DNA of 51,506 nucleotides from a virus: UHGV virus genome UHGV-0335272; one strand, 5' to 3'. Shown piece by piece: positions 47,718 to 51,506 of this stretch (position 1 is its first letter; each line of letters starts with the position of its first letter). The notes under the pieces were generated by a model. It saw only the letters and a program-made list of their open reading frames with translations, ran no database searches and was not told where the DNA came from. The position numbers and the translations under genes were made by a program.

Positions 47718-48050
47718 GTGGTAATCATGGGTTTTCTATCACCAGCAGCAGACTACGCAGAACAGACGCTCACTATCACCAGCCTTTACGGCTTTGACGG
47801 CAACTGCCGAATCATCGAAACTTCAGCCGGTTACGCGGTCATAAACGTCGCCAGAAAGCCGGAAGTGGGTGATACCGTCCTGGTTTCGTTCTGCGGCAGT
47901 CTGGATTTCGCAAAAGTGCAGGGGAAAGCGCTGATAACTCAGGATGGAGAGGCTATTGAGGGTGATGCGCTGGATGATGCAACAGTCATGGGGGTAGTAA
48001 CTCATCTCCTGAACCGTGTGACAGATACCGACAATCGGCCTGTGATTTAA
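47718..48050 (+). CDS. UmuD'-like (S24 peptidase-fold) protein lacking N-terminal cleavable arm
   Basis: Starts near GFLSPAADYAEQ (UmuD GFPSPAADYVEQ follows the cleavage site); C-terminal VMGVVTHLL like UmuD VFGVVIHVV; SGDSM serine motif not conserved. Confidence 0.6.
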   Translation: MVIMGFLSPAADYAEQTLTITSLYGFDGNCRIIETSAGYAVINVARKPEVGDTVLVSFCGSLDFAKVQGKALITQDGEAIEGDALDDATVMGVVTHLLNRVTDTDNRPVI

Positions 48051-48221
48051 AAGACCTGATCTGATTCCTGTGTCTTAAAGCCGATCGGTTAGACAGAACA
48101 ATTTAGCCGAATTGCTCTGTCTAACCTATAAGACGTCTGGTTAGCGGAACCTTTAATTGAATCAGTGCGCAGGGAGAAAGGACCGCCCCCAGAAGGGGAA
48201 ACCATTTTTAGGGATGTGCCC

Positions 48222-48440
48222 ATGAAATTAAATGAATTTGCCGCGGGTTTAACCAAAGACGGATTGCTTGTTTTAAATCTGTCTGATGGCGAAATAACTG
48301 ACTACCTCGTCACCACTAATGCTTTACGCACGCTGATACGCCGGGAAGGAAATAGAATTTCCGCGCGGATCCTCAGTGATGATGAGCGGATAATCAACCT
48401 TAATTCCCTGCCAGAAGCACTTAAGGTTCTCAAGCCGTAA
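48222..48440 (+). CDS. Hypothetical small protein
   Basis: ORF trimmed to MKLNEFAAGLTKDGLLVLNL... Confidence 0.4.
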   Translation: MKLNEFAAGLTKDGLLVLNLSDGEITDYLVTTNALRTLIRREGNRISARILSDDERIINLNSLPEALKVLKP

Positions 48441-48584
48441 GTGTTGATTTATAATAATCAAACGGGCTGAACACCCACTGATTACTGCGCCAACCTGAGG
48501 AATCAAAATGGCGCAGAGCATTACTCTAAACAACTCTCACCGCCCGTCTATGTGCGGTGTTTCTGCTTATGCTGGTGGTCCAGC

Positions 48585-48881
48585 ATGAAGAAAGCAGATA
48601 GCCTCCATCTTTCGCGTGTGGCCGCACTGGGCTGCATCGTGTGCAGAAATCAGAACCTGGGCGAAACGCCCGCGGAAATTCACCATATCCGAACCGGTCA
48701 TGGCACAAGCCAGCGCGCTGACCATCGGAAATCAATTCCCCTGTGCCATATGCATCATCGCAACGGCGGTTATGGTGTGGCGATTCATGCTGGCCGCCGC
48801 GCCTGGGAAATGAAGCACGGCACCGAAGCAGAGCTGCTGGTGCAGGTGCTCTATTTACTGGGAGAGCCTGCCAATGAATAA
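48585..48881 (+). CDS. Ref-like HNH-type protein (recombination enhancement function family candidate)
   Basis: CIVCR ... EIHHIRTGHG ... CHMHHRNG motif pattern. Confidence 0.5.
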   Translation: MKKADSLHLSRVAALGCIVCRNQNLGETPAEIHHIRTGHGTSQRADHRKSIPLCHMHHRNGGYGVAIHAGRRAWEMKHGTEAELLVQVLYLLGEPANE

Positions 48882-50361
48882 GCCAGTCAGTTACGGCTCA
48901 GTGTGCAGCGGCATCGAGGCCGCCAGCGTGGCATGGCATTGCCTGGGCTGGCAGCCAGCATGGTTCGCTGAGATAGAAAAATTCCCCTCTGCTGTTCTGG
49001 CGTACCGCTGGCCGGACGTCAGTAACCTGGGCGACATGACCAAAATCGCTGCGGCAATCCGTGCCGGAAAAATCGACGCGCCCGATGTGCTGGTGGGGGG
49101 AACCCCTTGCCAGGCGTTCAGCGTTGCGGGCTTACGTAATGGGCTGGCTGACGAACGCGGCCAGTTAACTTTGGCTTTTGTGGAACTGGTTAATGCTACC
49201 GATGAAAAACGCAGAGAACAGGGAAAATCACCTGTCATCGTCGTCTGGGAAAACGTCCCAGGCGTATTCAGCAGCAAAGATAACGCTTTCGGATGTTTTC
49301 TTGCAGGGCTTGCCGGCGAAAGCTGCGCGCTGGAATCACCAGGGAAGCGATGGTCAAACGCTGGTTATGTGCTGGGACCAGAAAGAGCTATTGCCTGGCG
49401 AGTGCTCGACGCTCAATTTTTCGGAGTGGCCCAACGACGCAGACGTGTGTTTGTTGTCGCAACAGCTCGAGGGGATATCGATCCCGCAAAAATTCTTTTT
49501 GAGTCCGAAGGCCTGCGCCGGAATTCTCCGCCGGGCAGAGAAAAGGCGAAGGCAGTTGCCGCGCTTACTTCAAACGGCGTTGGAGTATGTGGTGCAGACG
49601 ACAACCAGGCACAAGCCGGACATCTGATCCCGGAGTGCGTGACCGGGGATATCAGCCACACCCTGAAAGCAGAAGGTTTCGATGGTAGCGAGGACGGTAC
49701 AGGAAGAGGTACGCCGATTATCGCGATGGCGCACGGGCAGGGTGGTGCTGAAATTAAAACCGATAATACAGCGCCTACGCTGACCTGTAACCACGAAGCT
49801 CCGATCGTTTTCAGTAGCAACGGGCATGCATCTTTCGCACCCGGCGTTGGAGCACTTCGGGCTAAGTCGGGCGCTGATCAAGAAAAGCTTGCGATACACG
49901 GAACGCAGGACCCTGACACATTGAAAGACCTGGCTCATACGCTGGGGCGGAATCACGGGCAGGAAAATGCTGTAGTTTATGCCTTCAAGGCTGGACAGGG
50001 CGCAAAAGCTGGTGGCATTGGGTGGGCAGAGGAACAATCCCCAACACTGACGGCCGCCAGCAGTGGATCAAATTTAGTCTCCTCAGTGATGAAGAATATG
50101 GCCGTTCGCCGCCTGACTCCTGTCGAGTGCGAGCGCCTGCAGGGGTTCCCTGATAACCACACCCTAATCCCTACGGAGAAGCGTAAGCAGATCACCGCTG
50201 ATGAATACGCGTATCTGCGCCACCACCGGCCAGAACTGACTGCAGAGCAGGCGTTCCGCCTGGCCGCCGATGGTCCGCGCTATAAAGCGATCGGCAATTC
50301 AATGGCTGTGCCGGTTATGCGCTGGATTGGCTCACGCATACAGGAGGCGCTGCGTGCCTAA
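48874..50361 (+). CDS. DNA cytosine-5 methyltransferase (orphan)
   Basis: Motifs YGSVCSGIEAAS (I), GGTPCQAFS (IV, PCQ), ENV (VI), QRRRRVF (VIII), KAIGNSM (X). Confidence 0.85.
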   Translation: MNKPVSYGSVCSGIEAASVAWHCLGWQPAWFAEIEKFPSAVLAYRWPDVSNLGDMTKIAAAIRAGKIDAPDVLVGGTPCQAFSVAGLRNGLADERGQLTLAFVELVNATDEKRREQGKSPVIVVWENVPGVFSSKDNAFGCFLAGLAGESCALESPGKRWSNAGYVLGPERAIAWRVLDAQFFGVAQRRRRVFVVATARGDIDPAKILFESEGLRRNSPPGREKAKAVAALTSNGVGVCGADDNQAQAGHLIPECVTGDISHTLKAEGFDGSEDGTGRGTPIIAMAHGQGGAEIKTDNTAPTLTCNHEAPIVFSSNGHASFAPGVGALRAKSGADQEKLAIHGTQDPDTLKDLAHTLGRNHGQENAVVYAFKAGQGAKAGGIGWAEEQSPTLTAASSGSNLVSSVMKNMAVRRLTPVECERLQGFPDNHTLIPTEKRKQITADEYAYLRHHRPELTAEQAFRLAADGPRYKAIGNSMAVPVMRWIGSRIQEALRA

Positions 50362-50710
50362 ATACATCATCACCCCAGTGGGAAAACCCCGCATGACCAG
50401 CGCTGATAAGTGGAAGCAGCGCGCGCCGGTGATGCGGTATCGCATGTTCTGCGATGAAGCCCGCCTTCATGGAATTCAGGTACCGGAGAACGGCGCCCAT
50501 ATCACCTTCGTTTTGCCGATGCCCCAGAGCTGGAGCAAGAAAAAGCGCGCGTCTATGGACGGCCAGCCACACCAGCAAAAGCCCGATCTGGACAACTTAA
50601 CAAAATCTCTGTTGGACGCCTTGTTTGAGGATGATTCCCACATTTGGGACGCCCGGACATCAAAAGTATGGGGCGAAACCGGAATGATAATTATTGAGGA
50701 CATAAAATGA
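50354..50710 (+). CDS. RusA-like Holliday junction resolvase
   Basis: GTG start with AGGAGG RBS; KPDLDNLTKSLLDALF acidic motif. Confidence 0.6.
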   Translation: MPKYIITPVGKPRMTSADKWKQRAPVMRYRMFCDEARLHGIQVPENGAHITFVLPMPQSWSKKKRASMDGQPHQQKPDLDNLTKSLLDALFEDDSHIWDARTSKVWGETGMIIIEDIK

Positions 50711-51309
50711 CGCCACGCCAGAAACGCCAGTATCTTGAAGGGCTGGGAAAAACAGCAATGGCACCACGTAAGAGCTGGCTGGGAAAAAGTATTCTCATGA
50801 ATGATGTTCAGTCCGGTTGGATAAAATCTCTGCTTACAGTGTGGGGTGAATGTGTCCGCGGCGGCACAGCACCGGCGAAACCATGCGGGCACTCATGCTG
50901 GAACGTAATCAGAGGAAAGAACTGGTCAGACAAAGCCCTTGAGCGGTTTACAGCAGCGCTGAACCAGGCGAGAGAAGAAGGATTCCGTGGTGAGCAGGCA
51001 ATGAGACGGGCGCGCTCGATACTCTGGCCTGAGCCGCCGGTGAGTGTCATTGACGCAGCGATGTGCAGTGATGACGCTGAATTTATGGAGAGCGTAGTGC
51101 TGAACGCGTTTGATTTGAAGGATCCGGTTTACATCATTGGGCGCCAGTATTACACCACGCGCAAAAAGATAGCGGACATAACCAGAGACCTGCAGAGCTT
51201 TGCTCCATGGCTGACAGATTCAGAAGCGAGAAAGCGTGTGCGCTGGTGCCTGGAGATATTCAGGGCGAAGGTCTTTCTGTCAGCAAAGAGGGCATTGGCG
51301 GATAATTGA
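50707..51309 (+). CDS. Putative late-gene antiterminator Q (positional assignment)
   Basis: 200-aa ORF directly after rusA and before a late-promoter-like region; Cys/His cluster CGHSCWN; family not recognised by eye. Confidence 0.4.
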   Translation: MTPRQKRQYLEGLGKTAMAPRKSWLGKSILMNDVQSGWIKSLLTVWGECVRGGTAPAKPCGHSCWNVIRGKNWSDKALERFTAALNQAREEGFRGEQAMRRARSILWPEPPVSVIDAAMCSDDAEFMESVVLNAFDLKDPVYIIGRQYYTTRKKIADITRDLQSFAPWLTDSEARKRVRWCLEIFRAKVFLSAKRALADN

Positions 51310-51367
51310 CATATAGGCACTGCCGGGGCTCATCACACAATTACTACCAAATGATGAGCCTCGGAAT

Positions 51368-51506
51368 GTACTGACCCCAAAAAGTTGGACAGTTAAACAC
51401 GAGGCACATAGGTCTGGGTTCGATATTCAATTGGACTCAGACCTTTTAATTTCAGGCTAATTCTTCTGCTGTTGTAGTAGTCAATATATTCCGTAACAGC
51501 ATCCTT
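51368..51506 (-). mobile_element. IS3-family insertion sequence, terminal fragment (continues beyond window end)
   Basis: Terminal TGTACTGACCCCAAAAAGTTGGAC-like inverted repeat; minus-strand frame reads a transposase C-terminus. Confidence 0.55.
51393..51506 (-). CDS. IS3-family transposase (OrfB) C-terminal fragment
   Basis: Manual translation [37 protein letters not shown], typical integrase-core tail of IS3-family transposases. Confidence 0.5.
   Translation of the reverse strand, partial: KDAVTEYIDYYNSRRISLKLKGLSPIEYRTQTYVPRV

Larger units (their letters stand above)
37180..51367 (+). mobile_element. Lambdoid prophage (integrase through Q), inserted upstream of phoP; right boundary not in window
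   Basis: int-xis, early-left genes, divergent repressor/cro pair, replication, nin-like and Q genes in canonical lambdoid order. Confidence 0.75.

Overview
The window is an enterobacterial chromosome segment carrying two prophages around a short host island (pepT 3' fragment, roxA/ycfD, phoQ, phoP). (1) Positions 1 to about 32783 are most of a Mu-like transposable prophage. Its late arm is on the minus strand: tail fibre N-terminus at the window edge, baseplate, tape measure, tube, sheath, head genes, portal, terminase, then a lysis cassette with an SLT-domain endolysin and embedded Rz/Rz1-type spanins. Its early arm is on the plus strand: Ner-like protein, DDE transposase, MuB-like AAA+ ATPase, GemA-like and Mor. 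Between the arms lies an AT-richer accessory region with a CI-like repressor, a co-transcribed lipoprotein, a Dam-like methyltransferase and a 2-TM membrane protein with an upstream small ORF. The element ends in ...CA at about 32783, inside pepT, which therefore lacks its first ~110 codons here. The divergent early/late layout differs from Mu itself and, from memory, resembles BcepMu-type phages. (2) Positions 37180 to at least 51367 are a lambdoid prophage whose integrase ends about 70 bp upstream of the phoP start codon. It carries int/xis, a 634-aa unknown early-left protein, a divergent repressor/Cro-like pair, O-like and DnaC-like replication genes, an AT-rich unit with its own promoter and palindrome, a LexA-box-controlled UmuD'-like gene, a Ref-like HNH protein, a C5-cytosine methyltransferase, RusA and a positional Q candidate. 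An IS3-family element starts just downstream of Q and runs off the window. No rRNA, tRNA or CRISPR array was found. The most interesting candidates for undescribed functions are the 2-TM protein unit, the repressor-linked lipoprotein, the 634-aa early-left protein and the AT-rich unit at 46.3 to 47.3 kb. All family assignments are from reading the translations and motifs by eye, without database searches. Coordinates of short motifs were counted by hand and may be off by 1 to 2 bp.
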